This document shows positions 10,347 through 21,401 of a stretch of 64,000 bases of DNA, one piece after another. Each line of letters starts with the position of its first letter. Positions within the stretch are counted from its first letter, which is position 1. Under the pieces are notes generated by a model. It worked only from the letters and a program-made list of their open reading frames with translations, was not told where the DNA came from and made no database searches. This DNA comes from an uncultured Verrucomicrobiae bacterium (GTDB lineage Bacteria > Verrucomicrobiota > Verrucomicrobiia > Limisphaerales > JAFGQR01): NCBI GenBank assembly GCA_963788655.1, contig CAWBHS010000074.1:13431-77430 (forward strand), in the 5' to 3' direction. The position numbers were made by a program, and so were the translations under genes.

Positions 10347-10461
10347 GATTTGAGGACTTTTAAAACACGTTCCAACCTGTATCTATGCAATTCTGCATGG
10401 GGAGCGCTCCCGCCTTGGGCCCGCGACTGAGCCGTCACTGATTAGTGAGTTGCTCGAAAGT

Positions 10462-10506
10462 GGTTGGCGAGGCGCCAACCACGGCGCCTGAGGCGGGCGC
10501 GCTCCC
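10462..10506. repeat. REP-like family C
   Basis: Copy of 6121-6164. Confidence 0.8.
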
Positions 10507-10528
10507 CTTTCCGACTGCATCGATACGG

Positions 10529-12580
10529 TTATGGTTCGGACACCAGGTACGGATCAATGAGCAAATCGCTGCTGTTCAGACTGGTGTTGTGGCCTTCGAT
10601 GGCCAGCACGTTGGTCCCATTCTTAAGATACTTATAAGAGTCCTGGAGCGCGTAGAAAGTGAGGCCGTGAGCGGTGTGGCCTTTGACATCTTTCGCCTTC
10701 TCTCCGCGACCGTTCCCGACATTCTTGCGCAGGATTTCATGGCCATTGAGGTAGGCAATGAAACCGTCATCGTAGTCCATCATCAGTCCCAGCTCGGTGA
10801 TGAGATCAGCCTTCTCCACCACAAACGTATGGCGCAGATAAATCACTTGGTATTGGTTGCGCATATCGTTCAAGCGGGTGCGGGCCTGTGGATACTTGTA
10901 ACCAAATCCTGCCGCGCCGTTCTTCCAACCGGCCGCGTCAAAATCCAGGTGCGTCCATCGGTCCGACGCGGGACGGCTGCCAGCCAGATACTGCCACGAA
11001 GCATGAGCGGGGATCAGCACGGTGTAATCAACAGGAAGCATGGACAACCAGTCCTTTTGTGGCGGGTAACCGCCTTTGGGGTTCGGTGGCGGTTGCCACG
11101 GTTTTGCCAGCCGCACGGGCGATACGGTGCCGCGTTTGACGAGGCTGAACCGGTCGCGTTCCTGGCCGCGGGCGTTCAACATGATGCCCGTGAGTGTGTC
11201 GCCGTTGATGTCCACAATCACGCTTCCGTGTTCCGGATAAATCGTGCGCTTCATCAAGGGACACGTGCCTTTGCGTCCCAACCTGCCGCCGCCATGGCCC
11301 GCCACCACCAACACCGTGCCTTGGTGCGGATTCAGACCAGCGCTCTTTCGATACGGACCGTCTCCGGCTGGATTGCCGTCGCCGTCGTCGAGGACGACAT
11401 TTGCCGAGGTGGTATTGGTGGCGTAGGCGCCGTCCACCAGCATCGACCGCTCGTAAATATGCGAATGCCCGCTCAGAACCAGGTCCACGCCGCCCGCCTC
11501 CAAAATGGGCATGAACACGGCGCGCATTTCGATCAGTTCCTTTTCCTTGTCGCTGTCGTGCGAGCCTTTGGTGTACGGAGCGTGATGGAAGAAAGCGATG
11601 CACCATTGAGCCCGCTGGGCTTGGGCTTGGGCCAAGTCGGTTTTCAGCCAATTGGCCATCGTGTCCGTGGCTTTGTTGCGGACTTCAAATGATTCCAGGC
11701 TAATGAAGTGAACGTCACCGTAATCAAAGGAATAGAACGCTTCAGTGCCCGAGGGAGTTCCACCCGCCTCGCCTTCCGTCGGGGCAACATACGCATCGAA
11801 ATACGGGCCCACGCCGGTGATCGACGACGAGCTGTAGCCTTCGTGATTGGCAAACGTCGGCCAACAAACGGTGTGGCGCAGGGTCGGTTCGTAAACGCGG
11901 AAGAAACGAGTTCGGAATTGTGCGTCGCGGCCCCGCGTGTAGGCCATGTCACCGACGTGCAGCCAAAGATCACAGGGATGTCGCTCGTTGGCCTCGCGCG
12001 CCACCAATGCACGATACACTTGCAACTGGGCATTGCGGGCAGTGCCGGAATCACCCAACACCGCGAAGCGCAGCGGGTGGCTGACTCCGGGTTGGGGATT
12101 GGTTTGAAAATGGTAACTGTCGTCCGCTGGCGTCAACCGCGTTTCGCCGTCATACAACGCGTAATAGTACTGCGTATCGGGCGACAACCCGGAAAGCTGC
12201 ACTTCGTATTGAAAGGTTCCCACGGGCGCCCCGGACAGCCTAGCCAGACCCAGATTGGCGCGCGTGCGGAGGGCCTGAACCCGCGGCGTCAAATCGTAGA
12301 TGCCCCCCAAAGCCGTGCGCACCACGACCGCATCGCCACGGGCTACCTTATCCAAATGATCCCGCTCCGCGCCGTAATGTACTGCGGCGTCGATGTTCTT
12401 CCACAACGTCCGCCAGACCACGCAGATCGAATTGGGAGTAGCCATCTGCAAGTACGGCCCCCGGCTGATCACCAGCGCTTGATCCGGCAGTTCAGCACTC
12501 CGGACTGCCGCGGGCCAAACCAGAAGCGCCACGACAATCCCCAACAACGATGTTCGCCCAATAGAGTGTGGGTGTTTCAT
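10529..12580 (-). CDS. Secreted purple-acid-phosphatase-like metallophosphoesterase with FN3-like N-domain and C-terminal beta-sandwich
   Basis: GDSG, GDMAY, ANHE, HH, GHSHIYER motifs; RGPYLQ; C-terminal DYDDGFIAYLNG domain. Confidence 0.88.
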   Translation of the reverse strand: MKHPHSIGRTSLLGIVVALLVWPAAVRSAELPDQALVISRGPYLQMATPNSICVVWRTLWKNIDAAVHYGAERDHLDKVARGDAVVVRTALGGIYDLTPRVQALRTRANLGLARLSGAPVGTFQYEVQLSGLSPDTQYYYALYDGETRLTPADDSYHFQTNPQPGVSHPLRFAVLGDSGTARNAQLQVYRALVAREANERHPCDLWLHVGDMAYTRGRDAQFRTRFFRVYEPTLRHTVCWPTFANHEGYSSSSITGVGPYFDAYVAPTEGEAGGTPSGTEAFYSFDYGDVHFISLESFEVRNKATDTMANWLKTDLAQAQAQRAQWCIAFFHHAPYTKGSHDSDKEKELIEMRAVFMPILEAGGVDLVLSGHSHIYERSMLVDGAYATNTTSANVVLDDGDGNPAGDGPYRKSAGLNPHQGTVLVVAGHGGGRLGRKGTCPLMKRTIYPEHGSVIVDINGDTLTGIMLNARGQERDRFSLVKRGTVSPVRLAKPWQPPPNPKGGYPPQKDWLSMLPVDYTVLIPAHASWQYLAGSRPASDRWTHLDFDAAGWKNGAAGFGYKYPQARTRLNDMRNQYQVIYLRHTFVVEKADLITELGLMMDYDDGFIAYLNGHEILRKNVGNGRGEKAKDVKGHTAHGLTFYALQDSYKYLKNGTNVLAIEGHNTSLNSSDLLIDPYLVSEP

Positions 12581-12756
12581 GCTTCCATTTTTATGGACGA
12601 TGCTGCTGACGTCAAATTTTCGTGGCCAAAAACAATGAAAACGGCGGGATGAGTCTCTAAGTTGAATCGTCTCGCGCGGTTCGTTGAAACGCGTCAAGCG
12701 TCCTGCTTGGAAGGACTGAAAACCCGAAAGAGAATAGCCCAGAGCAGAACGAGTGG

Positions 12757-13497
12757 CCGTCCTTGAACTCGATTTCGCCATCAATCCGATGGTCCTTGTT
12801 CATGTAGCCGCGATAGATTTGACCGGCTTGACCACGATGAATCCGGTGTGATGCACCGCCAGCAATTCGCGGCTCACGTTATCAATCACCGCCTGCCCTT
12901 CGCTCTACATCTCGCGCACCCGCTCTTTCAACGCCGGCGAATCGAACTTCTCCTCGATCACATCGCACCGGAGGATCGGTTTGCCGCAGTATCCGGACAG
13001 AACACATTCCCCTTTCTGCCGGGAGCCAGCGCCTTGGTGATCTTCGCCTGGTCCGCAACCTGGGAAAGTCCCGTAGGGACGACCGAAAATAGCCCACCGT
13101 TTCAACGGTGGGTAGGAGGAGTAGGAGTAGTAGTAGCCAATTCTCACATGCGTCCAAGCCCCGCCAGGGGCGAAAGAGATCGCCCGGCAAAACCCAAGCT
13201 GTTCTTTCGTCCCGGACGGGACTTGTCCCCTTTGCCCCTGGAAACCCAGCGATAAATCGTTGGGCTATTGTCTTTCGCCCTGCCGGGCTGCGGAATGCGG
13301 CGCTCCACCAGCGTCTGGTGCTTGGCTAGCAGGACGAACCGTTCCTCGTCGCCTTCGAGCCGCGGCATCGAGGATTCGTATGCCCGGTCGCCCTTCAAGA
13401 CCCGCTCCTCCACCAAGGCAGCCGCGCTGGTGCTCGTCCGCCTGCAATGTCCGGATCACGGCCTGCGCGTAGGCGTTGATGCGCTCCGGCTGACCTG
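12757..13497 (-). pseudogene. Decayed fragment of a multidomain protein (Roc-COR/TIR-type, with start of DUF4365), interrupted by a REP cluster
   Basis: Manual translation across frameshifts and a stop: PERINAYAQAVIRTL...CGKPILRCDVIEEKFDSP...IDNVSRELLAVHHTGFIV/AGQIYRGYMNKDHRIDGEIEFKDG. Confidence 0.6.
13067..13290. repeat. Cluster of short palindromes of the type flanking IS200/IS605-like (RAYT) transposases
   Basis: AGTCCCGTAGGGAC, CCCACCGTTTCAACGGTGGG, GTCCCGGACGGGAC, CCCAGCGATAAATCGTTGGG in inverted arrangement. Confidence 0.75.
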
Positions 13498-13719
13498 AAT
13501 GGGGTGCTGGCTTCGCAACGGGAAGCAGTCGAGCACCGACATTCTTGTCAGCGCTCCCAGGAATTCAGAAGCCTGTTCCACTTTGACCAGCCGTGTTGGA
13601 ACATGGGCAACATGAATAAAAAGCGACACGCCAATGCTGACCCACTTGGCGGAGAGCCAAAATTATATGAATCAGCAAATCAACGATTTAGAAGTGCATA
13701 CTTCGGCTTGGCAGGACGT

Positions 13720-13735
13720 TGGCAGGTCCGTTGCT
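13720..13735 (+). promoter_or_regulatory. Putative sigma54 (-24/-12) promoter of glnB-amtB-glnA
   Basis: TGGCAGGTCCGTTGCT matches TGGCAC-N5-TTGCW with exact GG/GC spacing, upstream of a nitrogen operon. Confidence 0.65.
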
Positions 13736-13883
13736 TTAGGCAAGAGCATCATTTTGTTGCGTGGACCATTGTGCTTGGTTTTGCCCCTGTCGGCATGCCA
13801 ACACAATTATTGTTTCCAATATTTCAATAACCAGTGTCGCGAGGCTGGCAGGGCCGGTTTCGCAAGTGGGATGAGCAACCTGA

Positions 13884-14234
<351 letters not shown>

Positions 14235-14291
14235 GGTTATGACGTTATTGTTGCAGCCATCCTGTCTCAATCCCAGCCTTTGAAATCGCGC

Positions 14292-15705
14292 ATGAAGATC
14301 GTTTTCCCCGTTCTCCTGATTGTCGGAGTTTTGTTCAGTCTGAGTATCCCCGCTCGGGCGGCCGAGAGCAAGGCAGCTCCGGCGGCGATTAGCTTGGAAC
14401 AACGCGTGGCGGACCTCGAGGCCTACATCAACAATTCTGCCCGTACGGAGAATGTGGAGAATCGAGTCAAAGGAGCGGGCCCCGGGCACAATGCCTGGCT
14501 GATGACCTCGTCGGCCTTGGTTCTCTTCATGACGCTGCCGGGATTGGCCTTGTTCTACGGCGGGTTGGTGCGGCGCAAGAATGTGCTCTCGGTTCTGGCG
14601 CAATGTTTGGGCTTGGCTGGCATGGTGACGATTTTGTGGTGGATTTGCGGATACAGTCTTGCCTTCGCCTCTGGCTCGTCTTTCATGGGCAACCTGGAGT
14701 TTGCCTTTTTCAAAGGAGTGGACTCGAGTCCGGGCGGCGGGCCTTGGATTTCGCACAATATTTTCGCCATGTTCCAACTCATGTTTGCCATCATCACGCC
14801 CGCGCTGATTGTGGGCGCGATTGCCGAACGAATGAAGTTTTCGGCAATCCTGGTGTTCATGGCGTTGTGGATGTTCGTTGTTTATTTCCCACTGGCCCAC
14901 ATGATTTGGGGCGGCGACGGGCTGATGAACGGGATTGGCAACAGCAACGCCGCCATTAAAGCCATTGATTTCGCCGGCGGCACGGTGGTCCACATGTCCT
15001 CGGGTTGGTCGGCGCTGATCCTGTGTTTGATCTTGGGGCCGCGCCTCGGGCATCCCAAAGAACCCATGCCGCCGCACAGCATGGTGTTGACGATGGTCGG
15101 AACCGGTATGCTGTGGGTGGGGTGGTACGGATTCAACGCGGGCAGCGCCCTGGCCGCCGACGGCATCGCCGCCAATGCGTTTACTACCACCACCCTGGCG
15201 GCCGCGGTGGCGGCCTTCAGTTGGGCGATGGCGGAATATCTTACTCAAAGGCCGGCCCAGCGTCCTGGGTTTTTGTTCCGGCGTCGTGGCGGGCTTGGTG
15301 GTGATCACTCCGGCTGCCGGCTTTGTGGACGCCACAGGGGCCGTTATCATTGGAGTTCTGGCAGGCTTGGTGCCGTTTGCCGCTTGTGCCTACTTGAAAC
15401 CCCGATTTGGCTATGACGATGCGCTGGATACCTTCGGCATTCACGCCGTGGGCGGAACGCTCGGAGCTTTCCTGACTGGAGTGTTGGCGACACCGGCGGT
15501 CAATCCCGGCATCGAAGGCATCGTCAAAGGCCTGTGGCTGGAGCAACTCAAAGCGATGGGGCTAACCATTGCACTGGCCGTGGTGGGCACGGTGGTCATC
15601 GCGTATATCGTCAAGGCGATGGTCGGACTCCGACCGTCCGAGGAAGACGAAACCCTCGGTTTAGACTTGGCTGAACATGGCGAAGAAGGCTATCACGTCT
15701 CCTAA
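14292..15705 (+). CDS. amtB: Ammonium transporter (one frameshift near 15245)
   Basis: LFMTLPGLALFYGG, DFAGGTVVH, GWYGFNAGS, then YDDALDTFGIHAVGG and GLDLAEHGEEGY in a second frame. Confidence 0.93.
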
Positions 15706-15804
15706 CGTTTTCGAGGCTCGGCGCAGGCAGTATTAGCGACCACTGCGTGCGCCAGTCTTCAAGCATCCGAAAAGCAATAAACAATACATTCAAAGCAAAA
15801 AGTT

Positions 15805-17238
15805 ATGCCACAAAGCGACAAATCAGCGACTCCCAAGAGCGTGATCGACCTGGCCAAGAAGGCCGAAGCCAAAATGTTGGACATCAAGTTTGTCGATACC
15901 TTCGGCTCCTGGCAGCACTTCAGTTGTCCGGTCCACGAACTGACCGAGGACATTTTCACCGAGGGCCTGGGTTTTGACGGTTCGTCCATCCGCGGCTGGA
16001 AAAGCATCGAAGCCTCCGACATGTTGGCGATGCCCGATCCGGCCACCGCGTTCATCGATCCGTTCTGCGCCATGCCCACCCTCTCGCTTGACCTGCACCA
16101 TTGCCGAAACCGGCACCCGCGAGCCCTACACCCGCGATCCGCGCGGCATTGCCCAGCGCGCCGAGCAAACCTCATCTCGCACCGGCCTGGCCGACGAAGC
16201 CTTCTTCGGGCCGGAAGCCGAGTTTTTCATCTTCGACAACGTGCAATTCGACAGCAAGAGCAACGGCACGTTCTACAGTGTCGATTCCGAGGAAGGCATC
16301 TGGAACACGGGCCGCGAGGAAATGCCCAACCTGGGCTACAAGATTCGCCACAAGGAAGGGTATTTCCCGGTGCGCGCCCACGGACACCCAACAGGACATC
16401 CGCACCGAGATGATGCCTGCTGATGATGGAACTGGGCGTGCCCATCGAGCGGCAGCACCACGAAGTGGCCACCGCCGGCCAGGCGGAAATTGATTATCGC
16501 TTCACACGCTGCTGCGGGCGGCGGACATGATGATGGTGTACAAGTACGTCATCAAGAACGTGGCGCGCCGGCACGGCAAGACGGTGACGTTCATGCCCAA
16601 ACCGCTCTTTGGCGACAACGGCAGCGGGATGCACACCCACCAGAGCCTGTGGAAGAAGGGCAAGCCGCTGTTTGCGGGCAACGAGTACGCGGGGCTGAGC
16701 CAGATGGCGCTCTATTACGTCGGCGGGTTGCTCAAGCATGCGCGGGCGTTGTGTGCGTTGTGCAATCCCGACGACCAACAGCTACAAGCGGCTGGTGCCG
16801 GGCTATGAAGCGCCGGTGAACCTGGCCTACAGCTCACGCAACCGCAGCGCGGCGATCCGCATTCCGACCTACAGCGAGAGCCCGAAAGCCAAGCGGGTCG
16901 AGTATCGGCCGCCGGACCCGGCCGCCAATCCGTATCTGGCCTTTGCGGCGCTGCTGATGGCGGGACTGGACGGGATGCAGAACAAGATTGATCCGGGCGA
17001 ACCGCTGGACAAGAACATCTACGAATTGCCGCCTGAGGAACTCAAAAAAGTGCCGAACGTGGCCGGGAGTTTGGGCGAAGCGTTGGATTGCCTGGAAGCG
17101 GACCATGAATTTCTGCTCAAGGGCGACGTGTTCACGCAGGATTTCCTGGACACGTGGATCAGCGCCAAGCGCAAGGAGAACGACGCGTTGCGGCTGCGCC
17201 CGCATCCGTACGAATTCAGCATGTATTACGACGTGTAA
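15805..17238 (+). CDS. glnA: Glutamine synthetase type I (several frameshifts, probably sequence errors)
   Basis: [68 protein letters not shown] across frames. Confidence 0.93.
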
Positions 17239-17317
17239 GTACGTGCCATCGCTTTGCCCCGGATGCTTGGAATGCTTGGACACGGGGTAGAGTGCTACCC
17301 GAGATGAGAAGGGTCGC

Positions 17318-17346
17318 AAGGCGTGGACGAAAGTCCACGCCTTTTT
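17318..17346 (+). terminator. Rho-independent terminator after glnA
   Basis: AAGGCGTGGAC-GAAA-GTCCACGCCTT followed by a T run. Confidence 0.8.
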
Positions 17347-17430
17347 GATTTCAATGACAATTGATTTGCGTCAAGTCGCCGCCGTTTTCTTGCTTGCAAC
17401 TCTGAATGGGTTGCCATATTTTGCACCCGC

Positions 17431-17727
17431 ATGAGCAAACCACAGTCCCTATGCGCGGTTGCGGGCCAGTGCAAACAAGATGCTTGTTTGTGTCCGCTGA
17501 GCCGTGTCGTGGCTGGGACGCCCGTTCGCATCAAACAGTTGAACGCGCCTCCCGACGTGTCCAATCGCTTGCGCGAAATGGGTTTGGGCGAGGACCGGCA
17601 AATCAAATTACTCTGCTGTAAGAGCAATTTTATCTGTTTGGTTTGCAATGCCCGGCTGGGCATCAGTTCCCAGTTGGCGGATTCCATCCTGGTCGAGCCT
17701 CTTCCTGCCTGTCAACCGGCGGCCTGA
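17431..17727 (+). CDS. feoA: FeoA-family protein (Cys-rich)
   Basis: RLREMGLGE, ARLGIS..LADSILVE; upstream of feoB. Confidence 0.85.
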   Translation: MSKPQSLCAVAGQCKQDACLCPLSRVVAGTPVRIKQLNAPPDVSNRLREMGLGEDRQIKLLCCKSNFICLVCNARLGISSQLADSILVEPLPACQPAA

Positions 17728-17729
17728 CC

Positions 17730-17969
17730 ATGTCTGAGGATCGATTGCCCCTCACGGAACTGGCCTTGGGCCGCTCAGCCGTGGTGATCGCCATTGATGT
17801 ACCCCCGGAAAATCGCGGCCGTCTTCTCGAAATGGGTTTGCTCGTTGGCACGAACGTGGAATTGATTCGTTTTGCACCGCTGGGCGATCCAGTGGAAGTC
17901 AAGGTGCGCGGTTACAATCTTACCTTGCGCCGGCAGGAGGCCGAACAAATCTGGGTGAAACCGTCCTAA
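17730..17969 (+). CDS. feoA: FeoA-family protein
   Basis: RLLEMGL..GT..APLGDPVEVKVRGYNLTLRRQEA. Confidence 0.93.
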   Translation: MSEDRLPLTELALGRSAVVIAIDVPPENRGRLLEMGLLVGTNVELIRFAPLGDPVEVKVRGYNLTLRRQEAEQIWVKPS

Positions 17970-17986
17970 GCGGTCAGGGTACTTCC

Positions 17987-20254
17987 ATGCAAGAGGCTGT
18001 CGCGACACTCGCCCGCGCTTCCAACGCCACCCGCTACGTGGTGCTGACGGGCAATCCCAATTGCGGCAAGACCACCCTGTTCAACACCCTGACCGGCTTG
18101 CGCGCCAAGGTGGGGAATTATCCTGGCGTGACCGTCGAACGCAAGGAAGGCCGGCTCCAAGGCATCCCGAAAAAAGAAACGCCGGTAACCATTCTCGATT
18201 TGCCCGGCACCTACAGTCTCACCGCCCAATCGCTTGATGAACAGGTCGCCCGGGACGTGCTGTTCCATCGCGTGCCCGCCGTGCCCCCACCGGATTTGGT
18301 GGTGGTGGTGAGCGATGCTTCGAATCTTCAGCGTAATCTGTACTTCGCCACCCAGGTCATCGAACTGGGCTACCCGACCGTCGTGGCCTTGAACATGATT
18401 GACGTGGCCCGCGAGAACGGCCATGAGCTCAATGCGGAGCAACTGGCAGCCGCACTCGGTGTCCCGGTGGTGCCGGTGGTTGCCAACGCCGGTCAGGGCA
18501 TCGTGGACTTGCGGCAAACGATTCTCACGGCTTTGCAAGAGCCCACTGGCCAGGTCAAACCCCGGCACTTTGGCGAATTGCCCAAGACGTTCGAGAACGA
18601 GGCAGCGGACTTGTCCGCGAAACTGGAAGCCGCGTTTCCCGAAACGCATTATCAGTCGCTGGCGGAAGCGGTGCTGATTCTGAGTGACGAGAAATTCTTT
18701 TTGAGCAGCGCCCAGCAGTATCCGGCCGCCATCCAGGAGTCCGTAGTCGAAGCGCGCCAGCGGCTCGAAACCGCCGGGATTGATTGGCGCACCGCTGCCA
18801 TCGAAGCCCGCTACGTCCGGATCGCGTCCATCGCCGACGCCGTGACCCAGGCAACCGTCGTCGATCAGGAATCGATCAGTGACAAGTTGGACCGCGTCCT
18901 CACCCACAAGATCTGGGGCCTGGTGGTGTTCATTGCCATCATGCTGCTGATGTTCCAAAGCATTTTCTCGTTTGCCGAACTGCCAATGCAAGGCTTGGAA
19001 CACGGAGTTTCGTGGGTCGGCGAGTGGGTCAGCCATCTTCTGCCAACCGGACCGCTGCAAAGTCTCATCGTGGATGGCGTCATTGCGGGGGTCGGAGCGG
19101 TGATCGTGTTTTTGCCCCAAATCTGCCTTTTATTTCTGTTCATCGGGCTGCTCGAAGACACCGGCTACATGGCGCGGGCGGCGTTCCTCATGGACCGTTT
19201 GATGAGTCGGGTGGGACTGCACGGCAAGAGCTTCATTCCGCTGCTGAGTTCCTTCGCTTGCGCCATTCCGGGCATCATGGCGACGCGGACGATTGAGAGT
19301 CCCAAAGACCGGCTCGTCACCATTCTCGTGGCGCCGTTGATGAGTTGCTCGGCGCGGCTGCCGGTTTACACGCTGTTGATTGCGGCCACCATTCCCGATC
19401 GCAAAGTGCTTGGTTTTTTGCGACTGCAAGCTTTCACCCTGCTGGGCATGTATCTACTGGGAATTGTGGTCGCCCTGTTCATGGCCTGGTTGTTCAAGAA
19501 AACGTTGCTTCGAGGACCGGCGCCCATGCTGATCATGGAACTGCCGCCATACAAACGTCCGCTGGCCCGGGTGGTTGCGCGGCACACGTGGGATCGTGCC
19601 AAATTGTTCCTGCGGCGGGCGGGCACGGTGATTCTCGGCATCAACATCCTGCTGTGGTTTCTGGCGACTTACCCGAAGAGCCCGGCCCTCGAAAAGCAGT
19701 ATGAATTGCAGCGGGCGCAAGTGAACAGCCTGGCGATCCCGGAAAATCCCGAAGCCAAACCTCGGATCGAGGCGCAGCGCGAAGCCAAGCTGGCGCAACT
19801 CGACCGCCAGGAAGCCGGGGAAAAACTGCGCCACAGTTTCGCCGGCCGGCTGGGACATTTGCTGGAGCCGGTGATTGCTCCGCTGGGCTTTGATTGGAAA
19901 ATCGGCATCGGTATCGTCTCGTCGTTTGCCGCGCGGGAGGTGTTCGTCAGCACGATGTCCATCGTGTACAACGTCAGCGCCGGTTCCGACTCGGAGGCGA
20001 GCAACCGGGCGCTGGCCGAGACGTTGCTGCAACAAAAACGGCCGGATGGCACCCGCGTCTATACGACGCTGGTGGGATTGGCGCTCATGGTCTTCTACGT
20101 GTTCGCGCTGCAGTGCGTGAGCACCGTGGCCATTGTGCGGCGCGAAACCAATTCTTGGAAATGGCCGTTGTTTCAATGGTTGTACATGGGGGTGCTGGCC
20201 TGGGGCTTGGCGTTCATTACCTATCAGGGAGGACGACTGCTGGGTTTCGGTTGA
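17987..20254 (+). CDS. feoB: Ferrous iron transporter B
   Basis: GNPNCGKT, GNYPGVTVE, DLPG, NMID GTPase motifs; membrane domain with CSARLPVY and AAREVFVS. Confidence 0.97.
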   Translation: MQEAVATLARASNATRYVVLTGNPNCGKTTLFNTLTGLRAKVGNYPGVTVERKEGRLQGIPKKETPVTILDLPGTYSLTAQSLDEQVARDVLFHRVPAVPPPDLVVVVSDASNLQRNLYFATQVIELGYPTVVALNMIDVARENGHELNAEQLAAALGVPVVPVVANAGQGIVDLRQTILTALQEPTGQVKPRHFGELPKTFENEAADLSAKLEAAFPETHYQSLAEAVLILSDEKFFLSSAQQYPAAIQESVVEARQRLETAGIDWRTAAIEARYVRIASIADAVTQATVVDQESISDKLDRVLTHKIWGLVVFIAIMLLMFQSIFSFAELPMQGLEHGVSWVGEWVSHLLPTGPLQSLIVDGVIAGVGAVIVFLPQICLLFLFIGLLEDTGYMARAAFLMDRLMSRVGLHGKSFIPLLSSFACAIPGIMATRTIESPKDRLVTILVAPLMSCSARLPVYTLLIAATIPDRKVLGFLRLQAFTLLGMYLLGIVVALFMAWLFKKTLLRGPAPMLIMELPPYKRPLARVVARHTWDRAKLFLRRAGTVILGINILLWFLATYPKSPALEKQYELQRAQVNSLAIPENPEAKPRIEAQREAKLAQLDRQEAGEKLRHSFAGRLGHLLEPVIAPLGFDWKIGIGIVSSFAAREVFVSTMSIVYNVSAGSDSEASNRALAETLLQQKRPDGTRVYTTLVGLALMVFYVFALQCVSTVAIVRRETNSWKWPLFQWLYMGVLAWGLAFITYQGGRLLGFG

Positions 20255-20535
20255 GCCGCAACCGGGCGGGGAAAGGACGAATGATCATGGCGCCGCGGCA
20301 GGCTGCCAGGGCTAGGATTGCGGCTTGGGATATGAGGTTTGTTTGGCGCTTGGTCCTTGGACGTTTTCGGTAATCGGAGGGCGCACTTTGGCCATTCGGG
20401 GAAGGAGGAACTCCGGTTGTGGATTAACGAACCGGCGTCGTCTGCTTCGGCTCTTCAAGCGTCCGAGGAATTTGCGTTTGACACCGGCCCGACCAAAGCT
20501 TTCCATGTTTAATCGAAGCTTTACAAAATACATTC

Positions 20536-21213
20536 ATGAAAACACCTGTCCATCAGACGCACGATTTCCCGAAGCGATTCCATCTCAAGGACCAAACGGT
20601 CAGCTTACGCCCCCTGCGGACCGAGGACCGCGAACCGCTGGTCAACTTTGCCCGCGCACTCCCGGAGGATGACCTGCTCTTTCTGCAACGCGACATCACC
20701 CAATCCGCCGAAGTGGATCGCTGGATCCAGGAAACGGTGGATGGGGACTTGGTGACCATCGTCGCCTGCCAGGAGGATGCCATCATCGGTTACGCGACGT
20801 TTGACCAGGGGAGCGTGCGCTGGACGCGGCACGTGGCCGAACTGCGCGTGGTCGTGACGGAAGCAGTTCGCGGCATCGGGCTGGGCCGGCTGTTATTGGA
20901 GTTGGTTTTTGAAATGGCCTTGAAGGAAGGCGTAACGAAAGTCATTGCCCGCATGACGCCGGATCAAACCGGGGCGCAAAGCCTGTTCAAACGGCTGGGC
21001 TTCGAAGAAGAAGCCGTCTTGCGCGATCATGCCTTGGGCGCCGGCGAAGTGACGCACGACCTGTTGGTGCTCAGTTTCCACACCCGGCAGCATCAGGAAC
21101 AACGCTGTGCTTCCTGCGGGGCGCCCGTCTTGACCGCGCTGGCGCTGGAGGGGGCACGACTGTGTTCCCATTGTTTCGAGGCGCAATACCAGGAACTGGG
21201 CGGCGGGGGTTAG
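20536..21213 (+). CDS. GNAT N-acetyltransferase with C-terminal CxxC..CxxC zinc ribbon
   Basis: VRGIGLGRLLL acetyl-CoA motif, LFKRLGF; CASC...CSHC tail. Confidence 0.8.
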   Translation: MKTPVHQTHDFPKRFHLKDQTVSLRPLRTEDREPLVNFARALPEDDLLFLQRDITQSAEVDRWIQETVDGDLVTIVACQEDAIIGYATFDQGSVRWTRHVAELRVVVTEAVRGIGLGRLLLELVFEMALKEGVTKVIARMTPDQTGAQSLFKRLGFEEEAVLRDHALGAGEVTHDLLVLSFHTRQHQEQRCASCGAPVLTALALEGARLCSHCFEAQYQELGGGG

Positions 21214-21401
21214 GCTTGGATATTTCACACTTCGCTGAAAACACGGACAGGCTGTAGCCGCCTTCTTACATCGATGGCTACCGCAACCGTGAAATATCCG
21301 GGCCAAGCCTGTTCTCAATTGCCAAGCCCTCGCCAACTGGGTCTGGCAGTATTGGCACTTGTCGGCGGAGCTTCGACACTTTTCCCACGGGGGGCGTATT
21401 T

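Noticed and set aside
13113..13138. AGG/AGT short tandem run as a CRISPR or contingency locus
   Set aside because: Short imperfect microsatellite inside a repeat cluster; no repeat-spacer array seen anywhere in the window
13845..13864. Second sigma54-like motif before glnB
   Set aside because: GG/GC spacing is wrong
17350..17415. Fur box upstream of feoA (AATGACAATTGATT; GCAAC-N9-GTTGC)
   Set aside because: Match to the Fur consensus is too weak to call
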